Source: an uncultured delta proteobacterium
Lineage (GTDB): Bacteria > Desulfobacterota > Syntrophobacteria > Syntrophobacterales > Syntrophobacteraceae
Reading direction: 5' to 3'
DNA length: 32,000 nucleotides
NCBI GenBank assembly: GCA_963717485.1
Contig: OY970341.1
Span: 1,316,067-1,348,066, forward strand
This document shows positions 17,127-26,148 of the stretch, piece after piece. Position 1 is the stretch's first letter, and each line of letters begins with the position of its first letter. The position numbers and the translations under genes are program-made. Below the pieces are notes generated by a model that had not been told where the DNA came from, ran no database searches, and saw nothing but the letters and a program-made list of their open reading frames with translations.

Positions 17127-18446
17127 TTACTTGTTTTGCGTTTGAGCCAGTATTCTGTAGCCCTTGAGCAGATCGAGCGCCCGCCGCACCTGGTTGTCCC
17201 CTTCAACCAATTTCTTCCCATTTGAGGGAGCACCCGTTTCCCCCTTGCTCTGAGTCTCCAGCTTCTGGTTTTCCATATGCCTCGGGAGATCTTTTTCCCG
17301 AATACGCATCAAGTCTTCGCCCTGAGTCTCTTCGCCTTTCGGACTCTCCTTTTTTACTACGATGTCGGGCGTGATTCCCTTGGCCTGAATGGACTTGCCC
17401 GAAGGAGTATAGTAGAGCGATGTGGTAAGCCTGAGGGCTGAGCCGTCGTTGAGCGGAATAACCGTCTGAACCGAGCCCTTGCCGAAGGTCTGCTCACCCA
17501 TGATAATGGCTCTTTTGTGGTCCTGGAGCGCTCCTGCAACGATCTCCGAGGCGCTCGCCGACCCCGAATTAACCAGCACTACAATCGGATAGGTCTTTGG
17601 CTTTGCTTTCTTGTGGGCCTCGAAACGCATTTTTTGGTTTTCAAGCCGTCCACCAGTGTACACGATCAGCCCTTCGTCCAAGAACTCATCGCTCACTTCG
17701 ACCGCCTGATCGAGCAGACCGCCTGGATCGTTTCTCAAATCGACTACCAGTCCCTCTAGCCCTGGATTCTCAGATTCGAGTTGGCTAAGCGCCTTTCGCA
17801 GATCGTTTGCCGTTCCGCTCTGGAAACTCGAAATCCTGACGTAGCCGAACCCGGGCTCAAGTGAGCTTGACTTTACACTCTGAATTGTGATGATGTCCCG
17901 GACCAGTTCAAATTCGAGCGGTTTCTGCTTGCCTTTCCTCAAGATCGTCAGCTTCACCTTGCTGCCCTTGGGGCCTCTCATCTTCTGCACCGCGTCCATC
18001 AGGGACATGTCCTGGGTGGGCAGGTCATCGATTTTCAGGATCTGATCATTCGACTGAATGCCGGCTTTATCAGCCGGAGTATCTTCGAGCGGGGAGACAA
18101 CCGTCAAAATGTTGTCCCGAATGGTTATCTCTATTCCAAGGCCGCCGAACTTTCCCTTCGTCTCGATCTGAAGTTCCTTGTAATCCTCAGGCTTCAGAAA
18201 TGAAGAATGCGGGTCGAGTTCCCGAAGCATGCCGGTTATAGCCCCGTACATAAGCTTCTTCTGATCGGTCTTTTCTACGTAGTTGTCCTGTACGATTGAG
18301 ATGACGTCGCTGAAGAGCTTCAAATACTGATAGGCGTCCTGGTTTTCCGGGGTAGTTGTCTTGGCCTTGAGAGTCGGCCATCCACCGAGGGCCAAAATCA
18401 CTGATGCGGCTGCAATGAGAAGTAAAAGTTTGCGGGTCTTCGACAT
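17127..18446 (-). CDS. ctpA: Carboxy-terminal processing protease (S41 family, PDZ domain)
   Basis: Signal anchor, PDZ block (GGLGIEITIRDNILTVVSPLEDTPADKAGIQSNDQILKID), and S41 catalytic blocks (VVLVNSGSASASEIVAGALQD, GEQTFGKGSVQ). Confidence 0.9.
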   Translation of the reverse strand: MSKTRKLLLLIAAASVILALGGWPTLKAKTTTPENQDAYQYLKLFSDVISIVQDNYVEKTDQKKLMYGAITGMLRELDPHSSFLKPEDYKELQIETKGKFGGLGIEITIRDNILTVVSPLEDTPADKAGIQSNDQILKIDDLPTQDMSLMDAVQKMRGPKGSKVKLTILRKGKQKPLEFELVRDIITIQSVKSSSLEPGFGYVRISSFQSGTANDLRKALSQLESENPGLEGLVVDLRNDPGGLLDQAVEVSDEFLDEGLIVYTGGRLENQKMRFEAHKKAKPKTYPIVVLVNSGSASASEIVAGALQDHKRAIIMGEQTFGKGSVQTVIPLNDGSALRLTTSLYYTPSGKSIQAKGITPDIVVKKESPKGEETQGEDLMRIREKDLPRHMENQKLETQSKGETGAPSNGKKLVEGDNQVRRALDLLKGYRILAQTQNK

Positions 18447-18875
18447 AGGATTTCCTTATTGTATTGAATTTTAAAACCGGACGGCGCAAAAAGCCCCGGA
18501 TTTTAAGGCATTCAGTGCCCCGCTGCCCGGGGCGCTCTGAAAAAACAATTACAACCTATCAAATTTAACAGTGCTGCCTTCAAAGGGCAACTCAATTTTT
18601 ATGCCGGAACAAAGACGGCGGGGTTGGGGCCGTGCAACCGCCGAGATCCCGTGTATAAGCCCAAAGCACTAATCGGGCCAAAAGCATTCAGCATCTGAAT
18701 TAGAAATTGGAAGGAACTTTAGTATGATTCACCCTAAAAATATAAGTCCACTCACACACGATGTACCAAAATATTTTTGATGTTCGTGGCGATGCCGTTT
18801 CTAAGGTTGGGTGGATATGCCGTAGTAAACACGAACACGGTCGCATCTATAATCGGTTATAAACCCCGTCCGTGC

Positions 18876-19973
18876 TCAGTTAGTCTCCGCACCAACCTTA
18901 TGAGCGCATTCAGGGCATATGCCATGGCTGAAGTCGGCTTCAGAATGGTCGCGAATATAGGCTTCGATCTGCTGCCAATAGCCCTGATCATTACGTATTT
19001 TCTTGCACCAGGCGCAAATAGGCAGCAAGCCTTTCAATGCTTTGACCTTGACAAGCGCTTCCTGAAGTTCTGCGATAAGCTTCTCTCGCTCTTTGCGCAC
19101 CCGTTCCCGCTCTGAGATGTCTCTTGCAATAGTCGATACCCCGATAATGTTGCCGGCGCTATCTTTGATAGCAGAGATGCTTAAAGAAACACCAATGTCA
19201 TGGCCGTCCTTGCTGCGGTAGGTGGCTTCATGGTGGAAAATACGCTCACCACGACCTACTCTGTAAAGCAAGTTTGATATTTCATCAATGTGGGCGGGCG
19301 GTATATGTAAAGATGTGGATTTCTGTCCGGTTGCTTCTGCGGCGGTATAGCCGTAAAGGATCTCAGCAGCCTTATTCCAGCTCGTGATTACGCCGTCCAA
19401 TGTCTGTGATATTATTGCGTCATCGGAGCCTTCGACAATGGCCGCCAATTGTCTGCTGGCCTCCTCGGCCTTGCGGCGCACATCGATTTCGATCTGGAGC
19501 TTGGTGTTGGCTTGCTGGAGTTCCCCTGTGCGTTCCAGAATAACCTCTTCCAGATGATCACGGTATCTTCTCAGTTCTATATCCGCATGTTTTTGCACTA
19601 TTGAGTATCGGATGGAGCGCTCGAGGAGCTCGGCAGTGATTTGTCCCTTGACCAGGTAGTCAGATGCGCCGGCCTCCATGGCTTTGACATCCACATCGTA
19701 TCCTCCCTGGCCGGAAAGCAGGATAATCGGAATCTCGCACTCTCGTAAGGCTGCCTCGCGCAATAGCTCCAGGCCGCTTCTTGCGCCAAGGCGATAGTCA
19801 AAAAGGCAAACATCGTACTCAATACGGCAAATCTCCCGCAAACCCGCTTCATATGTATCCACCCATTCCAGCCGAAACGTTGTCGAACTAATCTCTGAGA
19901 ACAGGCTTTTCAAAAGTGCGTAGTCATCCTCATCATCTTCGATAAGAAGCACGCTAAGATACTGTTTTTCCAT
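18876..19973 (-). CDS. Response regulator: receiver - coiled coil - PAS - C-terminal Cys4 'LLPICxxCKKIR' tail
   Basis: Receiver (VLLIEDDEDD ... LFDYRLG ... ILLSGQG). PAS (DAIISQTLDGVITSWNKAAEILYGY). Tail LLPICAWCKKIRNDQGYWQQIEAYIRDHSEADFSHGICPECAHK. Confidence 0.85.
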   Translation of the reverse strand: MEKQYLSVLLIEDDEDDYALLKSLFSEISSTTFRLEWVDTYEAGLREICRIEYDVCLFDYRLGARSGLELLREAALRECEIPIILLSGQGGYDVDVKAMEAGASDYLVKGQITAELLERSIRYSIVQKHADIELRRYRDHLEEVILERTGELQQANTKLQIEIDVRRKAEEASRQLAAIVEGSDDAIISQTLDGVITSWNKAAEILYGYTAAEATGQKSTSLHIPPAHIDEISNLLYRVGRGERIFHHEATYRSKDGHDIGVSLSISAIKDSAGNIIGVSTIARDISERERVRKEREKLIAELQEALVKVKALKGLLPICAWCKKIRNDQGYWQQIEAYIRDHSEADFSHGICPECAHKVGAETN

Positions 19974-20569
19974 TGTTTAGTCCGGCATAAGTGGAGCGTT
20001 CAGTAAAAGCCTCACGTTGACATTCGGAGTCCCGCAGGACGCTTGCGTCTATTAGGACTCACGCTATCCAATAATAATGATAACTCAGAACCAGCCGATA
20101 TGATAGAAAATATAACAGTAGGGAACTGAGATGGCCTGCTCTGGCGCAGTTTGCTCAGAGGGTCGCGCGGCTTTGCCGGCATCTTTTTCCTCACCTCATT
20201 CATCCGGTCTGGCGTCCCTAATACGCGGCGGCTATTTCGTCCTTCTTGCAGTTCTCATCGTGGAAGCGGTCCATACTTTTCGCTGGGCACGCGGACAGAA
20301 TGATTTCGGCAGAATTGTTTCTGAATGCTCTTTTTTCCGGCATTGCTAAAGTCTGAATCTTTTTCCTGATCAGGCCCCTCGATAGCGTGAATGGTCATAT
20401 CACCTCCTGGAATATCGCAGCACGCCGCGGTGTAAAATAAAAAAATTTCTTTGTGCATTGTCAACTATATTCGGGTACGGTTCGTCATTATAGTGAATCC
20501 AAAAGGTAAAAATCAGCGGGCAAGGGACAGCCTGCATTATCAGTCAAAGAGGGAAGGGAGGTAATTGAG

Positions 20570-20857
20570 ATGAGATTGGCTCGAAGCTTAAGAATAGCTC
20601 TGGTTGTGATGGTGATTCTGGGCACGCTTTGCATGGCGGCGCCCGGATATGCCTGGCGCGGAGGCGGAGGCGGACACGGAGGCTGGGGCCGCGGCGGCTG
20701 GGGCTGGGGCGGCTGGGGCTGGGGTTGGGGCGCCCCTTTGTATTGGGGGGCATATGCCTATCCCTATTATGGGTATGCTTACAACCCATATTATGGGTAT
20801 CCTTACGGCCCCTATTATCGGCCCTACTATTATCCCTATTATCCTTACCGTTATTGA
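20570..20857 (+). CDS. Secreted low-complexity Gly/Trp/Tyr/Pro-rich protein (95 aa)
   Basis: GGGAGG SD 8 nt upstream. Signal peptide MRLARSLRIALVVMVILGTLCMAAPGYA. Mature part WRGGGGGHGGWGRGGWGWGGWGWGWG...YPYYGYAYNPYYGYPYGPYYRPYYYPYYPYRY. Confidence 0.6.
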   Translation: MRLARSLRIALVVMVILGTLCMAAPGYAWRGGGGGHGGWGRGGWGWGGWGWGWGAPLYWGAYAYPYYGYAYNPYYGYPYGPYYRPYYYPYYPYRY

Positions 20858-20918
20858 TCGTAGATAGGGTTGTGCTTCCATATCGGACGCCGTGGTGTAA
20901 CAGCCAACGGGTAGCCTT

Positions 20919-20955
20919 GACAATGGCAGGGCCTCCCAAGCCCTTGTCATTTTCT
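20919..20955 (+). terminator. Possible terminator after the Gly/Trp/Tyr-rich gene
   Basis: gacaa..gggc-ctcccaa-gccc-ttgtc imperfect hairpin followed by atttt. Confidence 0.35.
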
Positions 20956-21109
20956 TGCTGTTCCGCTGTCTGAGGTGTTTCGTTCCCATCCTCAGATTGA
21001 TCGGAGCTCACGGGTCCATACCACCAGGCTTATCAAAAGCAGGCGGATAAGTTTTTTTCCTTTTTTCATCCCTGAAACTTCCCTGTTTGTCAAATTTGGA
21101 CCCTGCACG

Positions 21110-21118
21110 TGGTATAAT
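21110..21118 (+). promoter_or_regulatory. Extended -10 element TGgTATAAT
   Basis: Exact TGnTATAAT match about 200 nt upstream of the RR-HPt gene. No good -35 at 17-bp spacing. Confidence 0.3.
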
Positions 21119-21323
21119 CACCTCAGATTCCAACCCGCGATTTTTGCCCTCCCGCACGGATTCTGCGGCAAAGAGTCAGGAGGACGTGCTGTTCGCTTGC
21201 TCTGGTTGCCGGATTCGCTGGATGAGTTGATAAGCATTCAAGATTTTTCTGTGGATTCCGATTATTGTATAAGGCCTGGTTTTTGTTCTTTTGAAGTGGC
21301 CTTGTTTGGAGAAGAGTGCTGTC

Positions 21324-22133
21324 ATGAAAATGTTCAATTGTAATGTGCTTCTGGCTGAAGACAATCCTGTGAACCAGCATGTAGGGCGCGCTATGATGGA
21401 GGCCTTTGGATGTCGTGTCGATGTGGCCTCGAATGGCTCTGAAGTGCTGGATCGGATGGAATCCACCAGATATGACATCGTTTTCATGGACTGCGAGATG
21501 CCCGTGATGGGTGGTTTGGAAGCGACTCGCTTAATCAGACAGAGGGAGAAGCAGCAGAGGAAGCCCATGGCTACAATAGTGGCGCTTACGGCGTATGTCG
21601 CCGATGAGGACCGCTGCCGATGTCTCGAAGCAGGAATGAATGATTATCTGGGCAAGCCTTTCCGGATGCAGGATCTTTCCAGTATGATGGAAAAGTGGCG
21701 CGGCGGGGTCTCTGTGCCGGATTCATCGGCGAGCTGTCAAGAGTTTCAGTCGGGTTCGGGACCGCTGGAAAATGTCACCGAAAATTACCTGGATCGCGAT
21801 GACCTGGATAACATAAGGTCGCTGGGACCAAATGGCCCCAGGATGCTTTCTGCGGTTATAGGCATTTATTTGGATGACTCTCCGATTCTGCTCGACAAGC
21901 TAAGTGAAGTTTTCAACGCGGGTGATGTGGAAGGCGTTGCCAAAGCGGCGCACGCGATGAAATCGACCAGCGCCGGCCTCGGAGCGACTACTCTTGCTGC
22001 GATGTGCAGGCAGCTCGAAGATCTCGCCCGTGGAAGCTCCATAGATGGCGCCGACACGCTGATTGCCAAGATTCGATTGGAGTATGGGAAAGTGAAAGCA
22101 GCGCTGATGCGAGAGATTCAAAAGGGGCTTTGA
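21324..22133 (+). CDS. Response-regulator receiver fused to an HPt phosphotransfer domain
   Basis: Receiver (VLLAEDNPVNQ ... VFMDCEMPVMGG ... LTAY ... LGKPF). HPt motif AAHAMKSTSAGLGA. Start is ambiguous (ATG 21291 or 21324; GGAGA precedes 21324). Confidence 0.85.
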   Translation: MKMFNCNVLLAEDNPVNQHVGRAMMEAFGCRVDVASNGSEVLDRMESTRYDIVFMDCEMPVMGGLEATRLIRQREKQQRKPMATIVALTAYVADEDRCRCLEAGMNDYLGKPFRMQDLSSMMEKWRGGVSVPDSSASCQEFQSGSGPLENVTENYLDRDDLDNIRSLGPNGPRMLSAVIGIYLDDSPILLDKLSEVFNAGDVEGVAKAAHAMKSTSAGLGATTLAAMCRQLEDLARGSSIDGADTLIAKIRLEYGKVKAALMREIQKGL

Positions 22134-24280
22134 TGGATGATTTGTTTAGCCTAGACGATAAGCCGGTTGCCCTGGTCGTGGATGATGATCGAGGGACGCG
22201 CCTTATTGCGCGCACGCTGCTGGAGGAATCAGGTTTCATCGTCGAACAGGCAGCGGACGGGATCGAGGCATTGTCCTCCTTTGAGCGCTCCAAACCCGAC
22301 ATAGTGCTGCTCGACGTGGTCATGCCGGAGATGGACGGATTTGCCGTTTGCAAGGAGATAAGACACAGATCGGAGCAGGGCCGTCACATTCCCGTGCTGA
22401 TGATGACGGGGCTGGATGATATAGATTCGATTCATCGCGCCTACGATGCGGGCGCGACTGATTTTATTACCAAACCGATCAACTGGACCATCTTCCAGCA
22501 TCGCCTGCGCTACATATGGCGGTCGAGCCTTGTGAGCGAGGATCTCAGAAAAAGCGAGATGAAGAACCGGGCGCTTATCGGCGCCCTGCCTGACCTTTTA
22601 CTTCGGATCACCAGCGATGGCCGGATCCTCGAGTCGCGTGAACCGGCCGGCTTCGACCAGATCTTTTCCGGTAACGGACTGTTGTCTAAAAAAATCGATG
22701 AAGTTTTTAGCGAAGAGGTTTCCCGGCCGATTATGAAAAACCTCGATCGGGCGCTAACTTTTGGCGGGATGCAGTTTCTCGAACATAACCTCCAGGTGAA
22801 CGAAGATGCCCGGCATTATGAGTGGCGAATTGTGGGCAGCGGCAAAGATGAGGCCATGGCGATAGTACGCGACATTACGGAGCGTAAAAGGACCGAGGAG
22901 CGCATATTCCGCCTGGCTTATCACGATATCCTTACCGGATTGCTCAACCGCAATTCTTTCAAGGAACATCTGGCTCAGGCGCTTGCTCAGGCCCAGCGTC
23001 ACGACCGTTATGTTGGGACCCTGTTCCTTGATCTGGACAGATTTAAGCGCATAAATGACACCTTCGGCTACAAAGTTGGAGACCTGTTACTTCAGGGCGT
23101 TGCCGAGCGGATACGGGAAGGCGTTCGCAAGGGCGACAAACCGGCCCGTCATGTAGACAGCATTTCTCGGCTTGGCGGCGATGAGTTTACGATACTGCTG
23201 CCGGAAATAAGCGATATTCAGGACCCGGCCAAGGTTGCAACACGTCTGCTGGAAGCTGTATCAAGACCCATCATCATAGCCGGCCACGAGATATTCATGA
23301 CCGGGAGCATCGGGATCACGGTCTACCCTATGGATGGGGAAGATCCAGATACGCTGTTGAAAAACGCCGATGCCGCGATGTATAGCGCCAAAGAGCAGGG
23401 CAGGAACAATTATCAGTTCTACTCCGAGGCGATGAACGCTTCATCGTTCAAAAGACTCTCGCTCGAGAACGGGCTCAGGAAGGCGCTGGACCGTGAGGAG
23501 TTCGTGCTTCACTATCAGCCCATGATCGATATCCATTCGGGCAGGATCGTAGCTATGGAAGCCCTGCTTCGCTGGCATCATCCCGACCTGGGAACTGTTT
23601 CTCCCGCTGATTTCATTCCGCTGGCCGAAGAGACCGGCCTGATCATATCCATAGGTGAGTGGGTATTAAACACCGCATGCATTTATAATAAGACCCTGCA
23701 AGAGATGGGACTGCCTCCCAAACGCATAGCCGTCAATATATCAAGCGTTCAGTTCAGGTCTCAAATACTGATCGAGACAATAACGCGCGCCTTGAAAATA
23801 TCGGGCCTCGATGCCCCTTGGCTCGAAATCGAACTCACCGAGAGCTCCATTATGAAGAATATGGAGGCATCCTCTGATATACTGCGCGAGCTAAAACAGA
23901 TGGGGCTGCGGGTCGCCATCGATGACTTCGGGACCGGCTATTCATCACTAGCCTACCTTAAACGATTCCCGCTGGATATTCTCAAGATAGATCGCTCATT
24001 CATTCGTGACATTCCAGGCGACCCGGACAACGAGGCGATTGCCACGGCAATTATTGCAATGGCCCACAGCCTCAATCTTGAGGTTATTGCCGAGGGGGTC
24101 GAGACCGAAAAACAACTTGCGTTTATGCGAAGCCATGAATGCGATGGGGTGCAAGGGTATTTTTTCAGCCCCGCCCTGCCGGGCGAGCAGATGAAAGAGT
24201 ACCTTAAAAAGGAGCCGGAATTGATGGCCTGGACAGCCAGCCTAGCCAGGCCTCTGCGCGTTGCCGGAAATGAATCGTGA
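22133..24280 (+). CDS. Response regulator with PAS, GGDEF and EAL domains (c-di-GMP turnover)
   Basis: ATG 22133 overlaps the upstream TGA (TGATG). Receiver (LVVDDDRGT ... LLDVVMPEMDG ... KP). RHVD I-site followed by GGDEF. EAL motifs EALLRW, DDFGTGYSSL, KIDRSF, EGVET, QGYFF. Confidence 0.9.
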   Translation: MDDLFSLDDKPVALVVDDDRGTRLIARTLLEESGFIVEQAADGIEALSSFERSKPDIVLLDVVMPEMDGFAVCKEIRHRSEQGRHIPVLMMTGLDDIDSIHRAYDAGATDFITKPINWTIFQHRLRYIWRSSLVSEDLRKSEMKNRALIGALPDLLLRITSDGRILESREPAGFDQIFSGNGLLSKKIDEVFSEEVSRPIMKNLDRALTFGGMQFLEHNLQVNEDARHYEWRIVGSGKDEAMAIVRDITERKRTEERIFRLAYHDILTGLLNRNSFKEHLAQALAQAQRHDRYVGTLFLDLDRFKRINDTFGYKVGDLLLQGVAERIREGVRKGDKPARHVDSISRLGGDEFTILLPEISDIQDPAKVATRLLEAVSRPIIIAGHEIFMTGSIGITVYPMDGEDPDTLLKNADAAMYSAKEQGRNNYQFYSEAMNASSFKRLSLENGLRKALDREEFVLHYQPMIDIHSGRIVAMEALLRWHHPDLGTVSPADFIPLAEETGLIISIGEWVLNTACIYNKTLQEMGLPPKRIAVNISSVQFRSQILIETITRALKISGLDAPWLEIELTESSIMKNMEASSDILRELKQMGLRVAIDDFGTGYSSLAYLKRFPLDILKIDRSFIRDIPGDPDNEAIATAIIAMAHSLNLEVIAEGVETEKQLAFMRSHECDGVQGYFFSPALPGEQMKEYLKKEPELMAWTASLARPLRVAGNES

Positions 24281-24326
24281 TGAAACCGGTGGGAAAAGCG
24301 ATCTGTGGCCGGAATGGCGAATGGAA

Positions 24327-25604
24327 TTATTTCGGACTGAAATATCCTTTCGGCACGACAACTATCCCCCGAGGAGTTACGGTAAATCTCTCCCTGTCCG
24401 CCTGCGGGTTTATTCCAATTTCAGTGTAAGACGGGATAACGTTTTCTTTGTCTATGATTGCTTTTTTGATTTTGCAGTGGCGGCCCACTTCCACATGATC
24501 CATAATCACGGATTCGTCAACCTGCGCCCAGCTTCGCACAGTTACATCCCAGGAAAGCACCGAACTTCTTACTGTCCCTCCGCTTATTATGCAGCCATGT
24601 GAAACCAGTGAATCCACCGCAGTCCCGGTCCTCGGGTCCGTGTGTTCGGGGTGGTTGAAAACGAACTTGGCCGGCGGGTACTGGCGCTGTCGTGTCCTCA
24701 CAGGCCAAAGAGACCCATAGAGGTTGAAGAAGGGGTCCACGCCGGTCAAATCCATGTTGGCGTTCCAGTAGGAGTCGAGCGTACCCACATCCCTCCAGTA
24801 CTGCGAGTCGCGGGTCGCTTCCATCAGATGAAGCCTCCTGGATCCGTCGGGATCTACCTGGCGGATATAATCGGAAATCCGGTTCATGCGCTTGTAGGGG
24901 TAAGCTTGGATTTTGAGTTTGTCTATGAGTGTGGGGATTATGTCTTTTCCGAAATCGTCATAGTCTGTTTTGTGAAGCAGGTCCAGTAGCAGGTCGGTCC
25001 TGAACAGGTAAATCCCCATCGAGGCAAGACACCGCTCCGGATCGTCTGGAATAGGCTTCGGCTCCTTTGGCTTCTCTTCCCATGTGCGGATTCTGAGATT
25101 GTCGTCCACTTCAGCAATCCCGTATTCATGGCCTTGTGACCGGTCCACTTCCAAAAGAGCCACGGTCACGTCGGCCTGGACTTTTTCGTGATAATCCCGA
25201 AACGCAGCATAGTCCATCTTATACACATGGTCCCCGGAGAGGATCAGAAGGTGCCGTGGCATCTCATGCTCGATCAGATACAGGTTCTGGCGCACGCAGT
25301 CGGCTGTCCCGCGGTACCATTGTTCTCCCGTTCTCTGTTGAGGGGCAACTACTCGCAAATAATGGCCGAGATCGCCGGAAAATATATTCCAGCCCTCTTC
25401 AAGGTGGTCCACCAGGGATTGTGATTTATACTGTGGAAAGATCAGAATCTTGTAAAGCTGAGAATTGATGCAGTTGCTCAGGGGGATGTCGATCAGCCGG
25501 TATATGCCCCCAAAAGGGACAGCGGGTTTGGATCGGTCCCTGGTGAGCGGCATCAGCCGCTTACCCCTGCCTCCGGCCATGATGACAGTAAGCACATCTT
25601 TCAT
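24327..25604 (-). CDS. glgC: Glucose-1-phosphate adenylyltransferase
   Basis: VIMAGGRGKRLMPLTRDRSKPAVPFGGIYRLIDIPLSNCINS, and length and architecture typical of GlgC. Confidence 0.9.
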   Translation of the reverse strand: MKDVLTVIMAGGRGKRLMPLTRDRSKPAVPFGGIYRLIDIPLSNCINSQLYKILIFPQYKSQSLVDHLEEGWNIFSGDLGHYLRVVAPQQRTGEQWYRGTADCVRQNLYLIEHEMPRHLLILSGDHVYKMDYAAFRDYHEKVQADVTVALLEVDRSQGHEYGIAEVDDNLRIRTWEEKPKEPKPIPDDPERCLASMGIYLFRTDLLLDLLHKTDYDDFGKDIIPTLIDKLKIQAYPYKRMNRISDYIRQVDPDGSRRLHLMEATRDSQYWRDVGTLDSYWNANMDLTGVDPFFNLYGSLWPVRTRQRQYPPAKFVFNHPEHTDPRTGTAVDSLVSHGCIISGGTVRSSVLSWDVTVRSWAQVDESVIMDHVEVGRHCKIKKAIIDKENVIPSYTEIGINPQADRERFTVTPRGIVVVPKGYFSPK

Positions 25605-25629
25605 CGATCCTGCTTTCTGTTCCCCCTGC

Positions 25630-26148
25630 CTACTTGAGTAGATTCATCGGGTCCGAGGGCAGTCGGTTGCCTTCGTATTTGACCTTTCCGTTTTTGTCCA
25701 GCAAGACGAAATGGGGTATTCCCTCCACCCGATAGGAACGCGTGACCTTCGTATCAGCGTCATATAAGACGGTATAAGGCGCAGGATTGGCATCTTCGAA
25801 ACGCTTCACCTTCTCCAGCGAATCTCCGCTGCCTACATTGATTGCAAATATTTCAAGATCGGCATCGGGGACGGACTTCCGCAGCTCGATTACCGCAGGG
25901 CGCGCAGCCAGGCAAAAATGGCACCATGTGGCCCAGAAATAGAGAAGAACCGGCTTTTGTCCTTTAAACTGGCTTAGAGTTACGGTTGTTCCATTCAGGT
26001 CCTGGAGCTGAAAATCAGGCGTAGCTACAGCCTGCGCCGTCTCTTTTTGCTCGTCAGCGACGGCCGGTAAACCGATTAGAACCGTTATCAACAAAATGAA
26101 GGAAAAGAAAAGCGCCCCGAACATTGTGCCGCTTTTAAAACAGTTCAT
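25630..26148 (-). CDS. TlpA/ResA-like periplasmic thiol:disulfide oxidoreductase
   Basis: Signal anchor then a thioredoxin fold with WCHFC (LLYFWATWCHFCLAARP). ATG 26148 overlaps the ccdA stop (ATGA). Confidence 0.8.
   Translation of the reverse strand: MNCFKSGTMFGALFFSFILLITVLIGLPAVADEQKETAQAVATPDFQLQDLNGTTVTLSQFKGQKPVLLYFWATWCHFCLAARPAVIELRKSVPDADLEIFAINVGSGDSLEKVKRFEDANPAPYTVLYDADTKVTRSYRVEGIPHFVLLDKNGKVKYEGNRLPSDPMNLLK

Noticed and set aside
20012-20464. Minus-strand small ORF with a strong SD (AGGAGGTGATATG; MTIHAIEGPDQEKDSDF...GPLPR), followed in frame by TGA and another ORF; considered as a second Sec candidate or a small protein.
   Set aside because: The sequence after the TGA is Arg/Ser/Pro-biased and not protein-like. 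The UGA aligns with no known Cys, and I recognise no family. The 47-aa ORF may still be real but is unsupported.
20660-20860. Short periodic repeats, checked as a possible CRISPR or satellite array.
   Set aside because: The repeats are 6-9 nt codon-level units inside a coding sequence, without spacers of unique sequence.
20544-21011. ORFs 20544..21011 -, 20588..20989 -, 20629..20973 + and 20649..20867 + overlapping the Gly/Trp/Tyr gene.
   Set aside because: Low-complexity GC-rich repeats stay open in many frames. Only the 20570..20857 + frame has an SD, a signal peptide and a coherent product.
20992-21069. 25-codon ORF MKKGKKLIRLLLISLVVWTRELRSI that looks like a signal peptide and could join the 20544..21011 ORF through a frameshift.
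   Set aside because: It would need an unsupported frameshift, and the joined product would mostly be the antisense of the low-complexity gene. The SD is weak.
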